From a virus: DNA of 64,000 nucleotides. The translations under genes and the position numbers were made by a program. The stretch lies in the IMG/VR virus record IMGVR_UViG_3300003890_000025, positions 15,149 through 79,148 of that record; one strand, 5' to 3'. Below, piece by piece: positions 20,400 to 28,786 of this stretch (position 1 is its first letter; each line of letters begins with the position of its first letter). The notes below the pieces were generated by a model. It made no database searches and was not told the DNA's origin. It saw only the letters and a program-made list of their open reading frames with translations.

Positions 20400-20745
20400 T
20401 TACTTGACCTGATCCTTCTAAGTCTTTTTGTTCTTGTGCTTTAGCTTCTTCTTGCTTTTTGATTTCTTCATAAGCAGCTCTAGCAGCTTTAACCCACTCA
20501 TGATTCTCATATTGAGATAGTAATTGCTTGTAGGTGGCTGTTAAAAATTCTACTAGTTGTACAACTACTTTGGCGTGAGTCCCAGAAAAATTACCACTAA
20601 TAACAGTACTTCTATAAGCAGTAAAATCTCCTAAAGCTTTTTCTAATTCTTTTACATCTTCTGGTCTTTGATTAAAATCAAACTTATTATATGATGAATT
20701 ATCTTGGCTGTTATTGTTATTTAAATCTTGTGAGTTATCTGACAT
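20392..20745 (-). CDS. Hypothetical protein
   Basis: AAGGAG RBS, 117 aa. Confidence 0.6.
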   Translation of the reverse strand: MSDNSQDLNNNNSQDNSSYNKFDFNQRPEDVKELEKALGDFTAYRSTVISGNFSGTHAKVVVQLVEFLTATYKQLLSQYENHEWVKAARAAYEEIKKQEEAKAQEQKDLEGSGQVNA

Positions 20746-21083
20746 ATTAAATCTCCTTTTATACTGCCCTAAAAGGGTAAGTTATTGGTGAATCGTCCTA
20801 TTTAAGGGTAGATTCTATTTATAGAGTTATTAACTGTCTTACAGCATTTTTTTCTAATATTTTCCCAAACATGGGATTATCTGCGTTAGTCATCAACTCT
20901 AACTATATTTGTTTACCTCTATTCCTGATTATTACTCTCTAAGAATAATATAACCTTTTTAGAGATATCCAACTCTTCTTTTAATGCTCTAATTTTATCT
21001 TGAGCATCCCTTAAATCAGTCATTAGAGACTTCACCCTTTCCTCTAAGACTTTAATCCTATCTAAATATTCTGATTCAATCAT

Positions 21084-21452
21084 TTACGCCTCTGGTATAT
21101 CCTCATCTTTATTAAGTAAAGATTTAACCTCCTCTGAAAAAGTTTTGAAAAACTCTTCTTCTTTTTCAGATATATTCTCAGTTTTTTCGGTATTATATTC
21201 ATCGTCTTTGTTAAGAGAGGTTAAGAATTTATCCAACTCTGCTATAACTAAATCCTTAGTTTTTTTATTTTTAGATTTATATGCTACAAATAACATTCCC
21301 TCTAATCCCTGAATAAGATATGTCCACTGTATTAGTAATAATTTTTTACTAGTCTCTGATTTCAAGTCTCTAATAGAGTTACATAAATCTTTTACAACTT
21401 CAACTATACTTCGTACTTGATCTACTGAAAGAGCTTTAATTTCTTGTTTCAT
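21084..21452 (-). CDS. Hypothetical protein
   Basis: 122-aa ORF coupled to the protease gene. Confidence 0.55.
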   Translation of the reverse strand: MKQEIKALSVDQVRSIVEVVKDLCNSIRDLKSETSKKLLLIQWTYLIQGLEGMLFVAYKSKNKKTKDLVIAELDKFLTSLNKDDEYNTEKTENISEKEEEFFKTFSEEVKSLLNKDEDIPEA

Positions 21453-21453
21453 A

Positions 21454-22206
21454 TTAATATATCCTCAAAAATTCTTTAATATCTTCTAGTGGAACCATAT
21501 AACCATTTCTCATATCATTTGATGCAAACATAATACCCACTAAATTACCCCAGAAATTTACAGTAGCACTACCTGAATTCCCTGGGTATATTAATACATC
21601 TGTTTCATTAGCTTTTAATTTTCTAACACATAAATCAATATCAAAAAATTTATATATAATTCCACTTCTATTAGAACACATCTCTTCAGTCAGTCCTATA
21701 CCAACTAGTAAATTTACTTCTGTTTTTTCTAAAAAAGTACCTAAAGACTCTCTTAAAGGCCTAAGTCTAGGATGACCTATAACTCGAATTTTATCACCAA
21801 TGTTTAAAGAACTAGCTACAGATATACCTTTTTTACCAGCCAGTGGCTCAATTATACATAAATCATGATTTTTATAAATCTCTATAACTTTTCTTTTTAT
21901 AACTCTATTAGAGTTAGGTACTGTTACTAGCACCTCTCTTTCACTAGAACTTAAAGCAGCCTGACATACATGAGCATTTGTAACTATATAAGAATTGCCA
22001 CTATTAGCTTTAACATGAAATCCAGTTCCACCTGCTTGTTCTATTTCTGAATGTAATACCTTTACAGTCACTAAACCAATTTTATTAAATAAATATTTGC
22101 CATGCCAAGTAGACGCATTTAATGCTATAAATACTATGACAGCTAATAAACTAGCTAAGCCTAGTATTTTTTTACTTTTTTTAAAAATAGTTTTAATATA
22201 TCTCAT
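21454..22206 (-). CDS. Membrane-anchored trypsin-like (S1) serine protease
   Basis: N-terminal TM; TNAHV, HDLC, GNSGS catalytic triad motifs. Confidence 0.85.
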   Translation of the reverse strand: MRYIKTIFKKSKKILGLASLLAVIVFIALNASTWHGKYLFNKIGLVTVKVLHSEIEQAGGTGFHVKANSGNSYIVTNAHVCQAALSSSEREVLVTVPNSNRVIKRKVIEIYKNHDLCIIEPLAGKKGISVASSLNIGDKIRVIGHPRLRPLRESLGTFLEKTEVNLLVGIGLTEEMCSNRSGIIYKFFDIDLCVRKLKANETDVLIYPGNSGSATVNFWGNLVGIMFASNDMRNGYMVPLEDIKEFLRIY

Positions 22207-22268
22207 TTATTACCTTCCTATGTTATTGGTTTTAGTCATATATTTATATTACTACGTTAATATAATAC

Positions 22269-22298
22269 TTGTCAATAGGTTTATTAACGTGCTATAAT
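22269..22298 (+). promoter_or_regulatory. Sigma-70-type promoter TTGTCA-N18-TATAAT (extended TG)
   Basis: Consensus match; ATG 22305 lies 6 nt after the -10. Confidence 0.6.
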
Positions 22299-22304
22299 AA
22301 AAAT

Positions 22305-22454
22305 ATGATCAGATTACTAGTACCATACTTATTCCTAACACTAGGGTGGGCTAGTTATTTTAACTCAAAATCTAAATTAGATTATATAGTTACAATGATT
22401 ATATTTATAATCGCATTTATACTATTTCTAATCGTATTGTTTAGGAGAAAATAA
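22305..22454 (+). CDS. Small two-TM protein
   Basis: In-frame ATG at the predicted TSS; hydrophobic. Confidence 0.5.
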   Translation: MIRLLVPYLFLTLGWASYFNSKSKLDYIVTMIIFIIAFILFLIVLFRRK

Positions 22455-22708
22455 TGAAAAAAAGATATAAAAACAGAAAAAGAATAGAAAAAATGGCAGA
22501 TAGGCTAGAAATGGCTGATATAACCAATAATGTATTAGTCCCAAACCCCATAACTGGAGAAAAGGTTTATAAACTAGTCAATAATAGACGTAGACTAGTA
22601 AAAGGTATTCTAGCCTTACCTTTAGAAGAACAAGAGCGTAGACTAAATGAAATGGAGCTAAGACTTAATAACTTGGAGAATAATAAAAATGATCCTAACA
22701 GCATCTGA
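22454..22708 (+). CDS. Hypothetical protein
   Basis: TAATG coupling. Confidence 0.55.
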   Translation: MKKRYKNRKRIEKMADRLEMADITNNVLVPNPITGEKVYKLVNNRRRLVKGILALPLEEQERRLNEMELRLNNLENNKNDPNSI

Positions 22709-23225
22709 AATACTAAAGCGTCTTGATAAGGATATAATTATAACTCCGTTTAACGTAAAACACTTAGCAGTAAATTCAGTAGACCTAACCTTAGATAAGA
22801 CTTTAAAGGTCTATACAACGCCTGTATTAGACTTTAAGAAGGCTAATACTACCATGGATATGGTTATACCAGAAGACGGTCTAGTTTTACAACCTGGTAG
22901 GGTTTATTTAGGTCAGACCGTTGAATATACAGAAACCAATAATCTAGTACCTGTGCTATATGGTAAATCTAGTACGGGTAGGCTAGGTTTATTCGTTCAC
23001 GTAACAGCGGGTTTTGGTGATATAGGCTATAAAGGTACTTGGACTCTGGAATTAGTAGCTACACAGCCAGTTAAAGTATACCCTAATATGAAAGTATGTC
23101 AAATTATCTACCACACTATTGAAGGTTCATCACTTAAGAAATATAAAGGTAAATATCAAGGAGCTAGAGAAGTTATAGCTAGTAAGTCATTTGAAGATTT
23201 TAATTCTGATACTGATAAAAAGTGA
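22689..23225 (+). CDS. dcd: dCTP deaminase
   Basis: NSVDLTL, GKSSTGRLGLFVHVTAGFGDIGYKGTWTLE, KYKGKYQ. Confidence 0.92.
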   Translation: MILTASEILKRLDKDIIITPFNVKHLAVNSVDLTLDKTLKVYTTPVLDFKKANTTMDMVIPEDGLVLQPGRVYLGQTVEYTETNNLVPVLYGKSSTGRLGLFVHVTAGFGDIGYKGTWTLELVATQPVKVYPNMKVCQIIYHTIEGSSLKKYKGKYQGAREVIASKSFEDFNSDTDKK

Positions 23226-23264
23226 ATAAGTAAAAAGGTATATAATTTATATATTACTATTACT

Positions 23265-24224
23265 CTACTCTGGGAGAGTACCTTCTCCTTTGAGTCTACC
23301 CTTGAGTCTTTCTAATAGTAAACGTCTCCTATTTCTAGCAGATTCTTCTTCCATCTCTTTAATAGTTTTAGCTATATTTTCTTGTTCTCTCCTAAACTTA
23401 TCACCTACTATAAATCCTTCATCACCGTGTTCTCTTAGGATCCTATTAGCCTCTTCTAGGTTACCTTCTTTTAGACTATCCTTATACCTCTGCAATAAGT
23501 CTTTTCTAGCCTCTTTAGCGTCTAGTATATCCACTGCCCTAGCTGCTTCTGGTTCTTTTACAGCTAATTCCATAGCCTTATGTCTAAGTCCAGTATCATC
23601 GCTAGTCATTAACCTATTTATCTCATTATCCTCTAGCTCATTTAATAAATCGTCAGTCCTACGATCCCTTAGTCTAGCACTAGCTAATCTTCTCCTAAAC
23701 TCTTCAGGACTCTTAGAAGCTAGTCTTATAGTCTCTTCTTCAGCTAGCGGTAATTCTCCACCTAACCAATCGTATTCAGGCAAATCAGACTCTGCCTTGC
23801 TAAGTTTAGTAGTCTTAGGTTTACTAGTAGATACTTCTTTAGCTAAGTCTCTCTCTACTTCTGATTTTAAAGCCTTTAACTCTCTGCCAGCGTATTTTGG
23901 TGCTATAGCTCCCTGTTCTGCTACTTCACCGAAACCACCTTTAGGTAAAGGTCTAGCTCTCCTCATAGACCTTAAAACTTCTGCTAGCTTACCACCCTTT
24001 TCTAATATTTTACTAGTTATAACTGGAGCAGCTCCTAAACTAGCTCCACCTACTAATAAGCCACTTAAGTCATCAGGAGATGCGCCTATTACCTCACCTT
24101 CTTTATAAGGACTATAGCTTAGTAAGTTTACTAAGCCTTTTAGTATACCTGCTTCACTAGGTTCTATAGCTTGTTCTTTAGCTAGACGTTTATGTAATTC
24201 TTGTATACTTTCTTTGCGTGACAT
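23265..24224 (-). CDS. Hypothetical charged helical protein, possible internal virion protein
   Basis: Downstream of late-promoter motif at 24673; C-terminal RRRLLLERL. Confidence 0.55.
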   Translation of the reverse strand: MSRKESIQELHKRLAKEQAIEPSEAGILKGLVNLLSYSPYKEGEVIGASPDDLSGLLVGGASLGAAPVITSKILEKGGKLAEVLRSMRRARPLPKGGFGEVAEQGAIAPKYAGRELKALKSEVERDLAKEVSTSKPKTTKLSKAESDLPEYDWLGGELPLAEEETIRLASKSPEEFRRRLASARLRDRRTDDLLNELEDNEINRLMTSDDTGLRHKAMELAVKEPEAARAVDILDAKEARKDLLQRYKDSLKEGNLEEANRILREHGDEGFIVGDKFRREQENIAKTIKEMEEESARNRRRLLLERLKGRLKGEGTLPE

Positions 24225-24227
24225 TTA

Positions 24228-24428
24228 TTAGTTCTTCTTGAAGAAGTCTCTTAGCTTTTTAAAAGCTGGTTCATTAAAAGGCTTAGACATTTCTTCTAGT
24301 GTCTGTCTACCTCTACCCCAACCAGCTTTAGCTAACTTTTCTCTATATTCTCTCTTACGTCTTTCTTTTTCTTCTTCGTCCAACTCTAAGTCTTTATCTT
24401 CTAAGTCTTTGTAATCACCTCTTGGCAT
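24228..24428 (-). CDS. Small charged protein
   Basis: Probable start MPRGDYKD at 24428 with GAGG RBS. Confidence 0.55.
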   Translation of the reverse strand: MPRGDYKDLEDKDLELDEEEKERRKREYREKLAKAGWGRGRQTLEEMSKPFNEPAFKKLRDFFKKN

Positions 24429-24432
24429 ATTA

Positions 24433-24663
24433 TTAACCCTCTGTGTTAACGGACAGCCCGTTAGAGGCTGTCCGATCTTCACTATATTTACCTTGTTTTA
24501 TATCTTCTAAAGCTTTAAGGTAAGTTTCATTAGCTTCTTCTTCAGTTCTATGGTAACCGAAATGTTTAGGCTTACCATTAACTTTAATAACTACTTTCCA
24601 TTTCTTAATTCTACGAGTTTTATCGTACGATACGCCTTTGTATTTAGATGATTTAGGTAACAT
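24433..24663 (-). CDS. Stand-alone AP2-domain DNA-binding protein
   Basis: SKYKGVSYDK...KWKVVIKVNGKPKHFGYHRTEEEA pattern. Confidence 0.8.
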   Translation of the reverse strand: MLPKSSKYKGVSYDKTRRIKKWKVVIKVNGKPKHFGYHRTEEEANETYLKALEDIKQGKYSEDRTASNGLSVNTEG

Positions 24664-24672
24664 TATTAACCC

Positions 24673-24690
24673 TCTATTGAGTATTTGTTT
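24673..24690 (-). promoter_or_regulatory. Putative late promoter AAACAAATACTCAATAGA
   Basis: Recurring motif. Confidence 0.6.
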
Positions 24691-24694
24691 AACG

Positions 24695-25170
24695 TACTCA
24701 ACCCAAACTAAGGAAGTCTATATAGGCTCATTCTATATAGTGTTGATACTGACTATGTGGTAAATTTTGGGTAGGCTTCGCCTATATAGACCTATTATGT
24801 TTATAATAGAAAGGCCTTGTTAGGTTGACCGCCTAGTAACATTCTGCACCGTACTCGGTTACCCCCTGACACTGACGCTAGTGGGTTAGGCTATGTCAGT
24901 AGAGAGGTGCTTTCGGGGCTAGGCTGTTACTGCCCATAGAAAGCCTCTTTCTCGCAGAGCTGTATGTTGTCTTTAGCTGGGTTATAAGGGTCTTAGCCTC
25001 TTTAGTCCAGCTCCATTTCAGCTTATTAAGCATCCCTGTAGACCTCACTCCGCTTGTCTCAGACTATACCCCCAGAGTCATACCTTATTTCAGGTGTTCC
25101 ACTACCATAATTAGTAGTGTTCTGGGTTAAGACACGTTTTGTACTCTATACGTCACCGTATAGGTCGCAT
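24695..25170 (-). ncRNA. Candidate structured non-coding RNA (~470 nt)
   Basis: No ORF >=60 aa; GC-richer; TGCTATAAT promoter at 25175-25183; multiple stems incl. CTATACG-GTGA-CGTATAG. Confidence 0.45.
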
Positions 25171-25174
25171 ATTT

Positions 25175-25207
25175 ATTATAGCATATTAAATCCAAATATG
25201 CTATAAT
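25175..25207. promoter_or_regulatory. Back-to-back extended -10 promoters forming a perfect 13-bp inverted repeat
   Basis: ATTATAGCATATT-N7-AATATGCTATAAT. Confidence 0.7.
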
Positions 25208-25216
25208 TATTTTATT

Positions 25217-25495
25217 ATGTCTAAAGGTATGAAAACATTATTCTTTTTAAACATTTTCTATGAATTTATAAATAAATATGATTCTAAATTACCTTTATAC
25301 GCCACTTATACAGAACTTGAATGTTTAAGTAATTCAGAAGAACTTAAGTGGGATAACGGTAAGCCTGCAATAAAATTTCTAAGTAAATATAAACCAATTG
25401 ATCGTAGAGCAGTTATAATAGCAGGACACTATTTCAAAAGTAATGAAAAATTACAAACAATTAAAAACAGACTAGCAAGAAAGTCAATTATATGA
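25217..25495 (+). CDS. Hypothetical protein
   Basis: First ORF after the rightward promoter. Confidence 0.5.
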   Translation: MSKGMKTLFFLNIFYEFINKYDSKLPLYATYTELECLSNSEELKWDNGKPAIKFLSKYKPIDRRAVIIAGHYFKSNEKLQTIKNRLARKSII

Positions 25496-26064
25496 AACTC
25501 ATAGCTATAGACCTAGAGCTTAATAACCCTAAAACTAATCAATCTATAATCCAAATAGGTGCAGTGGTAGGAGATTTAAATTTAAAAACTATTATTGAGG
25601 AATATAAAGCCAATATTCGACTACCTGAAGGTGAACTACTACAGGACTATATTAGTAATTTAACTAATATCAAGCCCCAAGAAGTAGAAGGTAACGGATT
25701 AAGTCTAAAAGAGGCTGTAAAAGACCTCCATAACCTAGTCACTAAATACGACTGTTTAAAATCGCCTATAACGTGGGGTGGAGGTGACTTGCCACTCTTA
25801 CGTCAAAAGTACCTAGAATCTCTCAATGGTGAGCCTTTAAACACGTTTAATTGGCCTTTTGGTTGGAGGGAGCTGGACGTAAAAACAGTCTACCAGACTA
25901 GGTGTTTAGCTTTAGGCCTAAAACCACAGGGGTCTTTAGCTAAAAGTATGACTAAACTAGGCCTGAGGTTTCAGGGGACTAAGCATAACGCATTAGATGA
26001 CGCTAAGAATACTTTATTATTATATTATAAGTTATTGGAGGATTATAAAATTAGATTATGTTAA
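25492..26064 (+). CDS. DEDDh 3'-5' exonuclease
   Basis: AIDLEL, IIQIGAV, GGDL, HNALDDA. Confidence 0.88.
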   Translation: MKLIAIDLELNNPKTNQSIIQIGAVVGDLNLKTIIEEYKANIRLPEGELLQDYISNLTNIKPQEVEGNGLSLKEAVKDLHNLVTKYDCLKSPITWGGGDLPLLRQKYLESLNGEPLNTFNWPFGWRELDVKTVYQTRCLALGLKPQGSLAKSMTKLGLRFQGTKHNALDDAKNTLLLYYKLLEDYKIRLC

Positions 26065-26459
26065 ACTTTAAAATTCAATCTTTTATAAATATAGTTTTAA
26101 TTTTTATTCTTATTAATCTTAATCAACACTGTAATAACACTGATAAAACACCGATAAAGCCACCAACGACAGAACCCAGTCCTACTCCAGAGCCTAAGCC
26201 TGAAGAAAATTTAGTAGCTAAAGGTAAAGCTATTTACCGTAGAAACTGTATTAGTTGTCATAATATTAACCCTAAGTTAGTTGGTTCTGTAGGGCCTGAT
26301 TTATACGGGTCTAGCTTAGATTTATTAAGGTCTAAAGTTATATATGGAACTTACCCAAAAGGCTATAAACCTAAACGTAATACTAAAATAATGCCTAAGT
26401 TCCCTAGTCTTGAACCTAATATAGAGGCTATAAAAGAGTTTCTAAATTCTGATTTATAG
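26058..26459 (+). CDS. Exported monoheme c-type cytochrome
   Basis: Hydrophobic N-terminus, Pro-rich linker, KGKAIYRRNCISCH heme motif, GPDL, distal MPKF. Confidence 0.85.
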   Translation: MLNFKIQSFINIVLIFILINLNQHCNNTDKTPIKPPTTEPSPTPEPKPEENLVAKGKAIYRRNCISCHNINPKLVGSVGPDLYGSSLDLLRSKVIYGTYPKGYKPKRNTKIMPKFPSLEPNIEAIKEFLNSDL

Positions 26460-26477
26460 AAACAAATATTTTTTAGA
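26460..26477 (+). promoter_or_regulatory. Putative late promoter AAACAAATATTTTTTAGA
   Basis: Recurring motif, here on the + strand. Confidence 0.6.
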
Positions 26478-26491
26478 GGTATAAAAATAAT

Positions 26492-27019
26492 ATGGCAGGC
26501 GAATTAGCAAAACTATTAAAAAATTTAATTAAAGTCGATGAGCAGGGTAGGTTAATGCATGATGCTAGAAAAGATTTACCTGAAGGTATCCCTGCTGATA
26601 AGCTGAGGCATATTTTACCTAGAGGAGTAGATTCTGGTGGTGCAGTAAATGAGTCTGAGAAGACTATGGCTCCTTTAGTAGAGTCCAATAAAATCGATGA
26701 AGAGTCTGTTCTTAGAGATATGAAAGAAAGAGGTGTTATATCAGAACAAGACTTTGAAAGAATTAAATCTGCTTTAGGTAAAGATAATCAAGAGCTAGAA
26801 GCTATTAAATCAAAACCTACAGAAAATGTAGAATTAGCTCAAGAATCAGCTTTAACTGAAGAAGAAAACTTAGACGCTAGAGATAGTATTATAAATAACT
26901 TACGTAATATAGAGATAGATGATGAGTTATTAGAAGAAGACCCAGTAGCTAAAAGAAGGAGGCTATTGCGAGATAGGTTACTCAATAATACCTTTAAACC
27001 ACCTATAGGTGAAGAGTAA
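26492..27019 (+). CDS. Hypothetical acidic protein, possible internal virion protein
   Basis: Late-promoter motif upstream; C-terminal RRRLLRDRL. Confidence 0.55.
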   Translation: MAGELAKLLKNLIKVDEQGRLMHDARKDLPEGIPADKLRHILPRGVDSGGAVNESEKTMAPLVESNKIDEESVLRDMKERGVISEQDFERIKSALGKDNQELEAIKSKPTENVELAQESALTEEENLDARDSIINNLRNIEIDDELLEEDPVAKRRRLLRDRLLNNTFKPPIGEE

Positions 27020-27110
27020 TGAGTCTTTTACTAATTCAATTATATAATATAAACTAAAGACTATAGTAGTTAAGGTTAATATAATCAATAATAACGCTAA
27101 TAAAGGCGCT

Positions 27111-28010
27111 CTAATCATCATTAGTACTATCAAATGTTGAGTAATAGTCTTCATTTTCTTCTTCATCTTCCTTTGTATAATTTTTTAATCTTTCTATAGC
27201 TTCTTCTAACACTAAATCAAAACATTTAACACTTATAATTAAATCCTTTATTTTATCTATAGTAAAATTATGTGTCTTAGTTACCCATTTGCTTAACTCT
27301 GTTTCGCTAATATCAGGCATTTTATGCTTTAAATAAGCTTCTCTAGCTTTTTCTGTTAAAGGACCTATTTCTATAACAGTAGCGAACCTACTAGGTCTAC
27401 TAACTAAATTCTTAGGTATACGGTCTATATAGTTAGTAGTAGCTATATATACTACGTTATCTAGTTGTAATTCACCGTCTAATAGAGCTAAAAACCTACT
27501 ATTATTAACGTAATAATGGAAATCCTCCCAAATAACTACTATAGTTAGACTAGGTTGAACTATTCTGAGTTTAGTTATTAAGTTATAAAAATTATCAGGG
27601 TCAGGACTTAAAATACAAATACCTCCATTGTCAATAACAGTATTAGCTACTTTTAGTAGACATGAAGTCTTACCAGACCCCGCTGGGCCGTACATTAATA
27701 TACCCCTTTTATATAGCATGCCGTATTGTTTATACTTTTCTTTTGTTTCAGGTCTAAAAAATTTATTTATCTCATTTATAACTTTATGAGATTGTGAATC
27801 AGGTAAGTCTAATAATTCTTCAGTCTGTATAGTTTTAGGACCCAAATGTAACCCTATATGAGGTTTCTCCAATACCTCGTATACCCCTGGAGGTATTACC
27901 TCAGTAAATAAAGGCTTATTAGTAGGTGTTATATTACCACTAGGACTAATTGAAAACTCTGTATAAGTCTCTTTAATTAGTTTTACTTTATTTTTATTAA
28001 AAATACTCAT
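27111..28010 (-). CDS. AAA+ ATPase (classical clade)
   Basis: KRGILMYGPAGSGKTS, WEDF, LLDG, ATTN, SRPSRF; no GAFTGA. Confidence 0.85.
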   Translation of the reverse strand: MSIFNKNKVKLIKETYTEFSISPSGNITPTNKPLFTEVIPPGVYEVLEKPHIGLHLGPKTIQTEELLDLPDSQSHKVINEINKFFRPETKEKYKQYGMLYKRGILMYGPAGSGKTSCLLKVANTVIDNGGICILSPDPDNFYNLITKLRIVQPSLTIVVIWEDFHYYVNNSRFLALLDGELQLDNVVYIATTNYIDRIPKNLVSRPSRFATVIEIGPLTEKAREAYLKHKMPDISETELSKWVTKTHNFTIDKIKDLIISVKCFDLVLEEAIERLKNYTKEDEEENEDYYSTFDSTNDD

Positions 28011-28063
28011 AGACTATATAATACCCCTATAATAGGAATTATAACTCTTTTAGTTTATCTAGT

Positions 28064-28342
28064 CTACTGTATTTTAATATATTTAGGACACCACTCACTG
28101 TGGTAGTTACTCCGTATACTAGCAGCACCACATTCACATTTTACTTCACCCTTATTAAAATATAAACTGTAATTAGCTTTAAGGTCACTAAAACTAACTA
28201 ATTTAGTACTTTTAAAGTAAGTCCTATTACCAGTTATAGTAACGTAATCAGTAGAGTAGTCTATTTTATCAACTACCCAAGCATCACCTACTGAGTCATA
28301 TATAATACTACCTACTCTAATTTCATAAAGGTTAATTGCCAT
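28064..28342 (-). CDS. Hypothetical with C-terminal Zn finger
   Basis: CECGA...HSEWCP; late-promoter-like AAACAAATA just upstream. Confidence 0.55.
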   Translation of the reverse strand: MAINLYEIRVGSIIYDSVGDAWVVDKIDYSTDYVTITGNRTYFKSTKLVSFSDLKANYSLYFNKGEVKCECGAASIRSNYHSEWCPKYIKIQ

Positions 28343-28694
28343 TACGTAAATATTTGTTTTACGTTTACTAGCACTTTAAACCTAGTTACTCAATTATAAA
28401 CTAACCTACTCTACTTACTTATATAACTTACAAAATAACCTAATCCATAACTAGTTATTTATTAGCTAGTACTAAGTCTATTAGTTACTCAATATAATTT
28501 AAAACCTTACCACCTAGTACTAGTCTTAGACCTAATACTAAACTTAGCTTTAAACGCTTTTAAAAGCTCTATAAGCTTTTTAAATAGGTGTACGTGTAGG
28601 GTAGTAGCCTAACACTAGTCTAAACTCTTATAAAGGCTTTAAAACAGTTATAGCTAGTATAGTCTATTTATAGTTACTCGTTGGTTAGGTTAGC

Positions 28695-28786
28695 TGCTGG
28701 GAGGTTACTCGGGTGGAGGAGGGGAGAGTGAGTGTGTGGGAAGCCCCCGACCGAGCCCCCTCGACGTCCCCTGGGGGGAGGGGGGT
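28695..28786. other. G/C island at the transcription divergence point (candidate terminus/packaging or origin signal)
   Basis: G-runs and C-runs (CCCCCTCGACGTCCCCTGGGGGGAGGGGGG) within very AT-rich non-coding DNA. Confidence 0.4.

Noticed and set aside
23290-24108. 272-aa plus-strand ORF
   Set aside because: Ser/Leu-rich antisense shadow of 23265..24224; no RBS or motifs.
27111-28010. AAA+ ATPase as the activator of the adjacent sigma-54 sites
   Set aside because: Classical AAA clade motifs; no GAFTGA loop or Fis-type HTH.
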